Origin: Felis catus
Lineage: Eukaryota
Assembly (NCBI RefSeq): GCF_018350175.1
Contig: NC_058368.1
Span: 172,734,001 to 172,798,000 of the forward strand
DNA length: 64,000 bases
Direction: 5' to 3'
Shown here: positions 53,571 to 64,000 of the stretch, piece by piece
How the letters are laid out: each line of letters starts with the position of its first letter
Position numbering within the stretch: the first letter of the stretch is position 1
Program-made: the position numbers and the translations under genes
Notes under the pieces: generated by a model
What the model was told of the DNA's origin: nothing
What the model saw: the letters and a program-made list of their open reading frames with translations, nothing else
Databases searched by the model: none

Positions 53571-53739
53571 AATATACCTCATCATGGACTCTAAGATCCC
53601 TTTAGTAGGAAGCTTCTCTTGGACCTCCTTAACTTCCTCCCAGTAGAACCTGAAACATAGGTCCTTCTTCCCACACTGTGTCAGTCCCTCACCAAATCCC
53701 AACTCCCCTGCCCTTGGGGGCCTAGCAAGGAAGCTGCTC

Positions 53740-53880
53740 TGCTTGACTTTCCACAAACAGCCTATGCCCCACCAGGCCCAAGAGGGCAGCTCGACCAATC
53801 TCTAATTCCCAGGACTCAAGGACCTTTGACCAATTCTATTGATCTGGACTCCTGGGCAAGCAGCTAGACTAACAGACGCC
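53740..53880 (+). promoter_or_regulatory. F12: F12 proximal promoter: HNF4-like DR1 (GGACCTTTGACC, about 53820-53831) and degenerate ERE-like site (53784-53796)
   Basis: Motifs lie immediately upstream of the ATG; HNF4 and oestrogen regulation of F12 is established in human. Confidence 0.55.
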
Positions 53881-56549
53881 ATGAGGGCTCTCCTGTTCCT
53901 GGGGTCCCTGCTGGGAAGCCTGGAGTCAGCGTTTTTGGTGAGAGCTGTGGGAGCCAGGAGGATTGTGCTGAGATGGCCCTGAGGGTCCCTATTACAGCCT
54001 TGGCCTCTGCTCATGACTTTTTGGTCCAGGTGACTAGAAGGCCTGTTTGGAAAGGCAAGAGTAACCCATAGGGCCTGGGGGAGGGGGGCAGGGAAGAGAG
54101 ACAGCTAGAGCTGGTGGATATGAGGACATGGCCTTCATTTCTGGGGGAGGGGGACCTTGAGGAGACAATAGGAAGAGGAACAAAGGGTCTGGGTCTTTTG
54201 AGAAAATTCCTGCATTTCTGAGATGTGAGAGGAAGCTGAAGACTGGCATGGGATCAGAGGTAGGCTCCGACTTTCTGGGAAAATTCCCTTTTTCTCTTCC
54301 CTGTAGACTCCACCTTGGAAAGCCCCTAAGGAGCATGAGCACAGAGCAGATGAGCACACAGTAGGTAAGTATCCTGGCTGTGCCTCCTAAAAGACCCTTC
54401 AGTGGGAATGAGTATGGTGGGGAGTGTGCAGATGGTCAGTTTGGGGCCCTTGGCACACGGGGAGGGATCCGGGACATTCTTCACTTTGTCCCTACTTTGG
54501 CTAGTATTCAGACCAGAGTGCCTACTATGTGTCAGGTCTTTTTCCCATGGGCACTGGGGACCCAGAGTGATAGTGAACTGTGTGCTCTTTGAGAGCAGGG
54601 CTTGGGCTATATCTGAGTTCCCAGCCCAGTGCCTTCCAGTCTCCCTCAGTTTCCCCAGCCTCTCTTCTTCTTCTCCTTCCCTCAGTACATCTCATAGGCA
54701 TCAGTCATGCCACACAGAGGCCAGGGCCCTTATGGACAAGAGCAGGGCTCTGAAGCCCAAATGCCTCTGAATCCTGGCTTCATCACTTATGTGCTAGGTG
54801 ACTCTGGGCAAGTGACTTGACTTCTCCAAGCTTCATTTTCTCCACCCATAAAATGAGGGTGGTAATAGTAAATCTCTTAGGGTTGTGGAGAAGGAGAAAT
54901 GAGTTGTTAATCCACGTGAGGCACTCAGCCCACAGACTACTGCATGGTGAATGCTTAAACTATATTAGCTTTTACTTATCAAGCTCCCTTCTAGATGGGG
55001 GATGTCTGTATCTCCCCTCTCCTCAAACCATGCAACAGCTCCCCATTGCCTTCATTCTTCCAGGCACTCAATATTTTCCTCAAATTGTGAACTAGATGGA
55101 CCCTGTCCTGGTAAGCCTTGTGTGGTGAGGCCAGGCCCAGCCCCTCAGCATGGCACTAGGGCCCCACGCCTGACACCGCCTGCCTCTACCTCCTTGCCTC
55201 ATCTTTCCACACCCAGCCAAACTGCTTTCTTCTCTTTTTCCTGAGCCAACCTAAGTGCCCTGCCTTTGCCTAATCACCTACTTGAAGTCTTCCTCCTCTC
55301 TATCTATCCCATTTACATCTTAAGGGTCTCTCCTCATTTAATCCTATTCCTGGTGTGGCCTTCAGCGAGTGCTGCTGTGCCTTTGCCTTTAACGACAAAA
55401 TAGCAGCACATATGACATAACGACAAAATGCTTATTGAGCACATACTATGTGCCAGACTCTGTGCTAAGTGTTTGATAGACATTATCTCATTTAGGTCTC
55501 ACAATACTCCTCTGAAGTAGATAGTCAAATCTTGTCATTCATGGTTGTCATGTTCTATAAAGTCACAGAGAACACTGAATTAGCAAATACTGAATGACTG
55601 CTCCTAAAGGAAATTTAAGGTTAGGTTCCTGTGAGCTCTGGTCACAACATTTTCATCAACTGTCAACATAGAAGCTTATTTTATGTGTCATTCTGCTTCA
55701 AGATAGCTTACTTACTGTGTTGTCCCTTCATTCATAATAAAGTCATGGCCAGGAGCACTATAACTCAAGCCTGGACGAAGCTTTTCTCACACATAAATGT
55801 TCTCTAGAATATATATATCATGGCCTGCTTGCACTTAGGAACATCAGCACCATATTTGGGGGCCATTTTCAATAGTAAAATCATCTACCAGAAGCACAAA
55901 ATTTCAAAAATGTGGCTCTGAATAGACTGTGAAAAGGACACGTGGTTACAGGAGAAAAGCTGAAACAAGAAGCAGAGCATCACCTTGTTTCACCTTAGCT
56001 GGGAATTTGTGCTTCCGGACCTCACATTTTTCACCACTCCATGCACATCCATGAATGACCATAAAAGCACCATGAGAATTGGTTTAGGGATTACCAATAC
56101 AGTTTAGCAAGAAGGCAGCAAACAGAGTGGCTATACTATACTGTTTTTAAAAATAATAATAGCTACTAGCAACATTTTTATTGTAAAAACTTTAGAAATT
56201 ACAGAAATGCAAAAGAAGAAAAAATTCTTCCATAATCCGCTATCTTCTAAAAACCACTCCTACAAACTTTTGGAGCATGTCCTTCTAGATTTCTTTTTGA
56301 TGTATATGTAAATATATTTGTACAAAAATAGGACCACATTTGACATGCTGGTTTTTTGGGTTTGTTTTGTTTTCAAGATCTTATTTTTAAGTAATCTCTA
56401 TGCCCAACATGGGGCTTGAACTTTCAACCCTGGGATTAAGAGTTGCATGCTCTACTGACTGAGCCAGCCAGGGGCCCGTTGACATGCTGTTTTTAACTGC
56501 CCTTCTTCATTTAAAATTATGAATACTTTTTTCTTTTTTTCTTTTTAGG

Positions 56550-56593
<44 letters not shown>

Positions 56594-59500
56594 CATGAGT
56601 GGGGGAGGGGCAGAGAGCGAGAATCCCAAGCAGGCTATGTGCTGGCAGCACAGAGCCTGGAGGCAGGACTCAATCTCACAAACTCTGAGATCATGACCTG
56701 AGCCACAATCAAAAGTTGATCCTTAACCGACTGAGCCTCCCAGGTGCTCCTTGAACACTTTCCTGTACAAATATACCTGCATCATTTAAAGTGATTTTTA
56801 GGGGCACCTGGCTGGCTCAGTCAGTGAAGCATGTAACTATTGATCTTGGGGTTGTGAGTTAGAGCCCCATGTTGTGTGTAGAGATTGCTTAAAAATAAAA
56901 GTCTTTAGAGGCTCCTGGGTGGCTTAGTCGGTTGAGCATCCGACTCTTGATTTCAGCTCAGGTCATGATCCCAGGGTTGTGAGATTGAGCCACAATTCCC
57001 TCTTTCTTCCTTTACCCCTCTTCAGTGCTCATGTGTGCTCTCTCTATAATAAACAAACAAACAAACAAACAATTAAAAACACAAAATAAAAATCTAAGGG
57101 GTGCCTGGGTGGCTCAGTTGGTTAAGTGTCTGACTTTTGATTTCGGCTCAGGTCATGATCTCATGGTTGATGAGTTCAAGCCCCATGTTGGGCTCTGTGC
57201 CAGCACCACAGAGCCTGCTTGATATTCTCTGTCTCCCTTTCTCTCTGCCCTGTGTGCATTCTTTCTCAAAAATAAATAAATAAACTTAAAAAATATATAA
57301 AAATAAAAATCTTTTAAAATAAATAAAAGTGATTTTTATTATAAAATATGCATAACATAAAATTTACTATCTTAATACTTTTTAAGTGTACAATTCAGTG
57401 GTATTAAGTACACTCTATTGTTGTACAACCATCACAATCCATTTCCAGAACTCTTTTCATCTCTCAAAACTGAAACTTTTCTGCTATATAGTTGATCCCT
57501 GAACAAGAAGGTCAGAGGAGCTGAGGCCCTCCCTCCTGTGTAGTAGAAAATCCATGTAGAAGCTTCGACTCCCCACAACTTAACTACTAATAGCCTACTG
57601 TAGACTACTGATGGGAAACTTTACCAACAACATAAATAGTTAATTAACACATATTTTGTATGTTAACTGTATTATACAGTATATTGTATTCTTGTAATAG
57701 AGTAAGCTAGAGAAAAGAAAACGTTAATAAAAAATCATAAGGAAAATACATTTAGAGGACTGTATTTATCGAAAAAAAAAACCCACACGTAAGTGGACCT
57801 GTGTAGTTCAAACTTAGGTTTTTAAGGGTCAACTATACTATTATTGTTGTCATTTCACAGATGAGGAAACTAAGGCTCAGAGTGGTCAAGTGACTTCTAC
57901 ATTCAACGTGTATTTATTAAGTGGCTACTTTGTGGCAAGCACTCTTCTAGGCCTGGGGGCTACAGATTTGCCCAAGGTCACACAATTAGCAGGTGGTGGG
58001 GTCAGGAGCCCACTCCAGCTGTCTGAGTGCAGAAGGGAACATCTTAAGTTCAATTTGGCAGAACTGAACCTCTTGAAGGCATAACGATCTTTTCAAGGGT
58101 CTATCTGTTTTCCAATCAGGCCCTGGGGGGTAGCACCTGAGCAGGGTGTGGGGGGCATGGGAAACATCATCAGGGAGTGTGTTATCTTTGCAGTTCTCAC
58201 TGTCACTGGGGAGCCCTGCTACTTCCCCTTCCAGTACAACCGGCAACTGTACCACACATGCATCCACAAGGGCCGGCCTGGCCGCCAGCCCTGGTAAGAC
58301 TACCCAGAAGGGATTGGAGCAGGGACCTGTGGGAGACGGATTCTGCCCATCCATCTGCCCAAGGAACACTGCTTGGAGAAAGGGGGCTCTGAGAGGGAAG
58401 GGTTGGCCAATCCCCTGGGCAGAGCAGGGAAGCTTCATCTTTTTCTACAGGTGTGCTACCAGTCCCAACTTCGAGCAGGACCAGCAATGGGCATACTGCC
58501 TGGAGCCCAAGAAAGTGAAAGGTACTACACACAGCCTTTGGGGTAGCTCAGGACCCTCTCCTTCCCACTACTCTACTGGGTATCATCAGTTCTTACCCAC
58601 CTGGTATTCTGGGCCCATCCAGACCCTTCCCTTCCTCCAGAGGGAGAAGTTCTAGGAGAAGGTAGCCTCATTTTGCAGGTGGGTAAACTAAGGCATGGAA
58701 ACTTGGAGTGCCAAGGTCATAGGACAAGCAGGTTTGGGTAGGGACTTATCTCCCATGACCCAGGCTGTCTGACTCAGGCTCCCCACTCTTCCTTCCACTG
58801 TATCCATCTCTCAGACCACTGCAGCAAACACAGCCCCTGCCAGAATGGAGGGACCTGTGTGAACATGCCAAAAGGCCCACACTGCATCTGTCCAGAACAC
58901 TTCACTGGGAAGCACTGCCAGAGAGGTAAGGAGATGGTGAAGCCATGTGAGGGGCTGTTGGGAAAAACAGGGGCAGTTCTGGGCCCACTGAAGAGGTCTC
59001 TGGATCCCCGGAGACTTGGCATGATCCTGGCCTCTCTTGAGACCACTGCCCTCTCCCATTTGTCCCCAGAGAAATGCTTTGAGCCTCAGCTTTTCCAGTT
59101 CTTCCATGAGAAAGAAACATGGCATAGGCTTGAATCGGCGGGTGTGGCCGAGTGCCAGTGTAAGGGTCCTGATGCCCACTGCAAGCCGCTGGCCAGCCAG
59201 GGTGAGTGGATGGGTCAGGAATTGGCCTGAGAGGAGGAAGGCAGAGGTCTGGAGGAAAAGCTGTTAGGCAACCAGTCGGGGTGCCGAAAGAAAGGGGAAT
59301 TTTCTGTGAGGTCTTCGGGCCCAGAGGTGCTTCAATGTGCTCCATCTCCCAGTCTGCCACACCAACCCGTGCCTCAACGGAGGCAGCTGCCTAGAGGCGG
59401 AGGGTCACCGCCTGTGCCGTTGCCGCGCGGGATACGCAGGACGCTTCTGCGACGTAGGTGAGTAGGGATCTTGGAGGAATCAGAAGCTCCGCCCCCAGGT

Positions 59501-61933
59501 AAGAAGGACTCCAGGAGAGGGACTCCGGAGAGTGGGGAAAGTGGCTGAGAGGGCAGTGGGAAACCACACCAGTTCCAGGCTGCAAGGAGCCGCCTCTCTC
59601 CCCAGACACTGAGGCGCGATGCTACGACGGCCACGGGCTTGACTACCGCGGCACAGCCGAGACTGCGCTGTCGGGCGCCCGGTGTCAGCCGTGGGCCTCA
59701 GAGGCCACCTACCGGAACGTGACTGCAGAGCAAGCGCTGAACTGGGGACTGGGCGACCATGCCTTCTGCAGGTGCTCTGGGTGGGGCGGGCGGGGCATCT
59801 CCCTCTGCCCCAGGGCCCTCTGGCGCTCCTTACCCTTTAACAGCGCCCCCTCCGGTGGTTACAGGAATCCGGACAACGACACCCGCCCGTGGTGCTTCGT
59901 GTGGAGCGGCGACCGGCTGAGCTGGGAATATTGCCGCCTGGCACGTTGCGAACCCCCAGTCCTAGAGGCTCTTCAGTTCCTGCCTCCAACCCAGGTCCCC
60001 TCTGAGCACCCGGATTTTCCCCTGCCCTCGCTTTCAGCACTGCAGAAGCCTCAGCCCCCGACCCCAGGTAGTTGGGAAGTGGCGGGAAGTCAGAGGGCGC
60101 GCGGCGAGCTACCTTCCAGCCCTTGGTGGGTCTCCCAGCACTCAGCCTGGGCTCCTCCCACAGCTTTGGGCGCGACGCCGAAGCAGCCCACTCCTCTGCC
60201 GAGTCCCAGCTGCGGACAACGGCTCCGGAAACGGCTGTCCTCGCTGAGCCGCGTGGTTGGGGGACTGGTGGCCCTGCCCGGGGCGCACCCCTACATCGCC
60301 GCGTTGTACTGGCGCCACAATTTCTGCGCGGGCAACCTCATCGCCTCCTGCTGGGTGCTGACCGCGGCGCACTGCCTGCAGAACCGGCGAGTGCCGCCGC
60401 GTCTGGCGCCCTGCCCAGGACCCTAGCTCCTCGTTCTTCCGAGCCCAGCTTCCGTGCAACACCCGAACCCATGCCCTACCTCCCTCTCCCTCTTCCCCAG
60501 TGCCCTAGGAGGAAGCTGAAACCCAGCAAGGGACTCGGGGGCAGGAGGCCTGTGGCCGGCTCTGAGCTCGCTTTCCCCCGCATCCCCTCCGCCCACAGGC
60601 CCCCGCCGGAGGAGCTGACGGTGGTGCTCGGCCAGGACCGCCATAACCAGAGCTGTGAGCAGTGCCAGACTCTGGCCGTGCGCGCCTACCGCCTGCACGA
60701 GGCCTTCTCGCCCATCACCTACCAGCACGACCTGGGTGCGGGGGCGGGAGCGCCCCCTCGGCGACCAGGGGAAAGGGTGGGGGAGGGCTCGAAATCCCAG
60801 CGTCTGGGTCTCACCCTCCTCCTCGCCTGGGTTAGCCCTGCTGCGCCTGCAGGAAAGAGAGGACGGCCACTGCGCGCTCCCGTCGCCTTTCGTTCAGCCG
60901 GTGTGCCTGCCAAGCAGCGCTGCCCGCCCAGCTGAGGCCGAGGCCGCCCTCTGTGAGGTGGCAGGCTGGGGCCACCAGTTTGAGGGTAGGCAGAAGGGCT
61001 GGCTAGGGGCGGCAGGGACACCTCTGGCCACCGGGGTAGGCAAGAGAAATTCTCAGCTTTGGTACCACTAGGGACAGGTGGCGCTGACCTGGTGGGTTGG
61101 GAAGATTTGCAGGGCCCTTGTGTCTGCAGTCAGCTCCTGCCAGGGCCTGGGCTTCACTGCTGGGGTGGGGGAAGGGGAGGTCCCCAAGGCTCCTAAGGGG
61201 TACAGAGAGAATCACAATTTCCTTTGGTTACTTCTTGGTACTGCGATGCAAGGGCTAACAAGGATGCCGGCCTCGCGCTGGGGCAGCCGGTTGGCTAGTT
61301 GGGAAATATTGTTCCGAGACATTGGGTGGGAAGTGGGAGTGGGGTTCCAAAGCACTCCTGCTCCGCCCCTTCCATTCAAATCCCGGCTCCTCTCTGGTCT
61401 CAGTTTTCTTGTCTAAGAAATGGTATTAATAGCAACTCTTCCTCACGGGCTTGCTGCAACAGAGGCCAGTTAGTGGGGAGTCAGCAGGGTCGTGAAGGGT
61501 GTGAGGAAGGCACTCTTGGTTCGCAGGGGCCGGGGAATATTCCAGCTTCCTGCAGGAAGCACAGGTGCCGCTCATCCCTTCTGAGCGCTGCTCCGCCCAG
61601 GACGTGCACGGAGTCTCTTTTACTTCGGGCATGCTCTGCGCTGGCTTCCTTGAGGGTGGCACCGACGCCTGCCAGGTGAGCCCATGGGCTGGCTTGGTGC
61701 CCTCCTCCACCCCATCAAGTCCAGACTCCAGACCAAGGGCGCTGAGCCACGTGTCCCTGACCCAGGGTGACTCCGGGGGCCCGCTAGTGTGTGAGGAGGA
61801 GGCCGCAGAGCACCAGCTCGTCCTGCGAGGCATCGTCAGCTGGGGTTCCGGTTGTGGCGACCGCTACAAACCAGGTGTGTACACCGACGTGGCCAGCTAC
61901 CTGGCCTGGATCCAGGAGCACACCAATTCCTGA
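53881..61933 (+). CDS. F12: Coagulation factor XII (Hageman factor), 609 aa. Exons 53881-53937, 54307-54364, 58194-58293, 58451-58521, 58815-58925, 59070-59201, 59353-59457, 59606-59771, 59865-60067, 60164-60386, 60599-60735, 60836-60985, 61527-61675, 61766-61933.
   Basis: Signal peptide [11 protein letters not shown], then FN2, EGF, FN1, EGF, kringle (CRNPDND), Pro-rich linker, activation site R|VVGG and triad AAHC / HDLA / GDSGG. 14 exons sum to 1830 nt; intron 10 is GC-AG. Confidence 0.97.
54735..54970. mobile_element. MIR fragment (similar remnants near 235-340, 22170-22390, 23630-23760, 26840-26990, 45940-46070, 57840-57990)
   Basis: MIR core tgactctgggcaagtgacttgacttctc...ttcattttctccacccataaaatgaggg. 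Confidence 0.65.
55522..56140. mobile_element. Tigger-family (MER82-like) DNA transposon remnant in F12 intron 2
   Basis: atgttctataaagtcacagagaacactgaattagcaaatactgaa...ggttaggttcctgtgagc resembles the recalled MER82 consensus. Confidence 0.55.
56350..57320. mobile_element. CAN-SINE cluster in F12 intron 2 (two on minus, 56360-56750; three on plus, 56801-57310)
   Basis: Multiple heads and tails visible; (GA)n at 56553-56589. Confidence 0.85.
57489..57835. mobile_element. Tigger2a-like non-autonomous DNA transposon with TIRs and TA target sites
   Basis: Ends tagttgatccctgaa ... ttaagggtcaacta are imperfect inverted repeats flanked by TA. Confidence 0.7.
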
Positions 61934-62070
61934 CCATCCAGGGACTTGTCTTTCCCTCCTGGGGGGATTCTGGAATGGAAGGGTGGCTGATGCATAATCA
62001 TGGATGGCAAGGGTTGGGTTTGATTCCTCTCAGCACCACCAGCCTGGCGCCAGGCATAGAGTAGGCACTC

Positions 62071-62076
62071 AATAAA
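62071..62076 (+). terminator. F12: F12 polyadenylation signal AATAAA
   Basis: First canonical hexamer, 137 nt after the stop codon. Confidence 0.8.
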
Positions 62077-62321
62077 GTGTGTCTGAAAATGTGTGAGAGG
62101 CATAGTTCTTCAGGGGACCTGATGGGAAATGCCAAGACAGTAAACTGGTGCACTTCTCCATACTCCTCGGGGAACAGGATCTATTAAGATCTTAAACAAG
62201 GTATAGATTGGTGTCCAACTGATGTTCTTTGAGCCATACTGTGTACCAAGTCCTGAGCAGGGTGGCTCCATATATTTATCTCTTGTATGAACTAACTTTT
62301 TAACTTTTGAAGTTTATAGGA

Positions 62322-62750
62322 CAGAGGTTCTCAATCTCTACTGTACATTAGAATCATCTGGGGAGCTTTTTGAACCTGTGCCTGAGATCCACTTCAGATC
62401 AATTAGATCTCTAGGGAGGGGGTGTGGGTAGTGGTATGTTTTTAAAACTCCCCAGGTGATTCCATGTGCAGTCAAGGCTGAGCACCATGGTTAGAAATGC
62501 TTCACATTAAAACAGTGCTGTGGACTCTTAGAGCTGGCAATGTGGATAACACCCCCACCCGAACTTGCACTAGAGCAGTGGGGCTCAAATTGTGCCTGGA
62601 CCACCAGCAGCAGTGTCACAAGGGAACTTGTTAGAAATGCATATTCTCTGGCTACCTCCCATACTACTGAATCAGAAGCTCTCAAGTTGAGACCCAGCAA
62701 TCTGTTTCATGGATTCCCAGGAGATGCTGATGTTCCTAACGTTGAACCAA
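62322..62750. mobile_element. MER5-like DNA transposon remnants
   Basis: cagaggttctcaa...ttagaatcatctggggagcttt...aaaactccccaggtgattc, plus gggaacttgttagaaatgca...actgaatcagaa. Confidence 0.65.
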
Positions 62751-62824
62751 ACTGAGGATTCTGGGGGGTTCAATGGTCACCAGTCTGGGAGGTCTAGCTG
62801 TCCACTTGCTCTCTTTCTTTTCAT

Positions 62825-63043
62825 TCTTTTTTTTTTTTAAGTTATTGTTGACAGAGACAGAGTGCAAGTATGAGCTGGGGAGGGGCAGAGAGAGAGAGGG
62901 AGACACAGAATCCCACGCAGGCTCCAGGCTCCAGGCTCCAAGCTGTCAGCACAGAGCGTGACATGGGGCTTGAACTCACGAATTGTGAGATCATGACCTG
63001 GGCCGAAGTCGGATGATTAACCGACTGAGCCACCCAGGCGCTC
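62825..63043 (-). mobile_element. CAN-SINE
   Basis: Reverse SINE ending gactgagccacccaggcgctcc. Confidence 0.87.
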
Positions 63044-63359
63044 CTCTTTCTTTTTGTTCTTAAACCCGGGTGCACACTGCGCTCAGTGAGCCATTTAAGT
63101 TGGTTTCTCAAGGGTTGTACAGATCGGTGTGATTTTATCTTTCAGGCTAACTTTACAACTTTACACAGGTCTAAGATATGAGCTTCTCTCCCTCAGCCCA
63201 TGTACACATTCTCCAGTGTACATAGTGTCTCTGTGACATCACCATGCCTCGATGTCACAACCCCGCCCTGACATGCCTCACAGTGCATGGAGTTCCAGGC
63301 ACACGGAACAGCCGGATATCCCTTAAAAGTGCAAGGCGAGGGGCACACTCTGAGCCAGA

Positions 63360-63773
63360 ATGGGGGACTGGAAAGGCTATATCAGTGGAGTGCTGCGGGA
63401 CCAGCGTATTGATGACGTGGCCATCATGGGCCACTCAGACAATCGCTGCGTGTGGGCATCGCGCCCTGGAGGCCTTCTAGCTGCCATATCACCGCAGGAG
63501 GTGGGTGTGCTCACAGGGCCTGATCGGCACACCTTCCTGCAGGCCGGCCTGAGTGTGGCAGGCCGCCGCTGCTGCGTCATCCGAGACCACCTGCTGTCTG
63601 AGGGAGATGGTGTCCTGGACGCTCGCACTAAAGGGCTGGATGGGCGTGCTGTCTGCGTGGGCCACACCCCGCGCGCGCTCCTGGTGCTCATGGGCCGACG
63701 GGGTGTGCATGGGGGCATCCTCAACAAGACAGTGCATGAGCTGATCAATGGGCTACGCAAGCAGGGCACATAG
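63360..63773 (+). CDS. PFN3: Profilin-3 (testis profilin), single exon, 137 aa
   Basis: [38 protein letters not shown]...[12 protein letters not shown]; intronless; syntenic position next to F12; AATAAA at 63806-63811. Confidence 0.95.
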   Translation: MGDWKGYISGVLRDQRIDDVAIMGHSDNRCVWASRPGGLLAAISPQEVGVLTGPDRHTFLQAGLSVAGRRCCVIRDHLLSEGDGVLDARTKGLDGRAVCVGHTPRALLVLMGRRGVHGGILNKTVHELINGLRKQGT

Positions 63774-63891
63774 CAGTACAGCTAGGCCACTGGTGACTGC
63801 GTCAAAATAAACTGCTGGGCCTGGCTGGCTCATCCTGTGTTTTTGCATGTTGGGCAGTTGCAGATGAGGAAACCAGTTTCCAGAAAGATTC

Positions 63892-64000
63892 TTTTTTTTT
63901 TTTTTAATTTTTTTTCAATGTTTATTTATTTTTGAGACAGAGAGAGACAGAGCATGAACTGGGGAGGGTCAGAGAGAGAGGGAGACACAGAATCGGAAGC
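63892..64000 (-). mobile_element. CAN-SINE, truncated by the window end
   Basis: T-tail and tttatttatttttgagacagagagagacagagcatga. Confidence 0.85.

Noticed and set aside
59831..59864. Alternative in-frame acceptor (tttaacag at 59843), 21 nt upstream of F12 exon 9
   Set aside because: The AG directly follows the likely branch point (tttaac), so it is probably too close to be used; it would also disrupt the kringle CRNPD motif.
63377..63769. 130-aa antisense ORF over PFN3
   Set aside because: Antisense shadow of a GC-rich coding sequence.

Overview
Mammalian genomic DNA, almost certainly a felid. It carries carnivore tRNA-derived CAN-SINEs, and the 609-aa F12 reading frame matches feline codon numbering as I recall it. 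The window is the conserved block syntenic to human 5q35.3: DBN1 (drebrin, +, CDS 3592-17928), PRR7 (-, CDS 20190-19192, 5' exon near 28.4 kb), GRK6 (-, CDS 47962-33324), F12 (factor XII, +, 53881-61933) and intronless PFN3 (+, 63360-63773). I traced all coding exons by hand; splice phases close and no frame is broken. I found no wholly new biological system. The most notable features are: (1) a GRK6 3' switch in which one 2-nt microexon site gives isoforms A, B and C; (2) an 18-nt tandem duplication doubling the GRK6A C-terminal ELPTRL PDZ ligand; (3) an intact alternative first coding exon of DBN1 missed by the ORF track; (4) the drebrin A cassette exon with a retained-intron stop; (5) a strong-Kozak 53-aa uORF and a tandem CRE/CTCF module at PRR7; (6) RFX X-box clusters; (7) in F12, a GC-AG intron, an Asn at a normally Ser protease position, and an L2-derived poly(A) signal. 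Comparisons with human, mouse and cat references come from memory, not from searches. Repeat boundaries are approximate.
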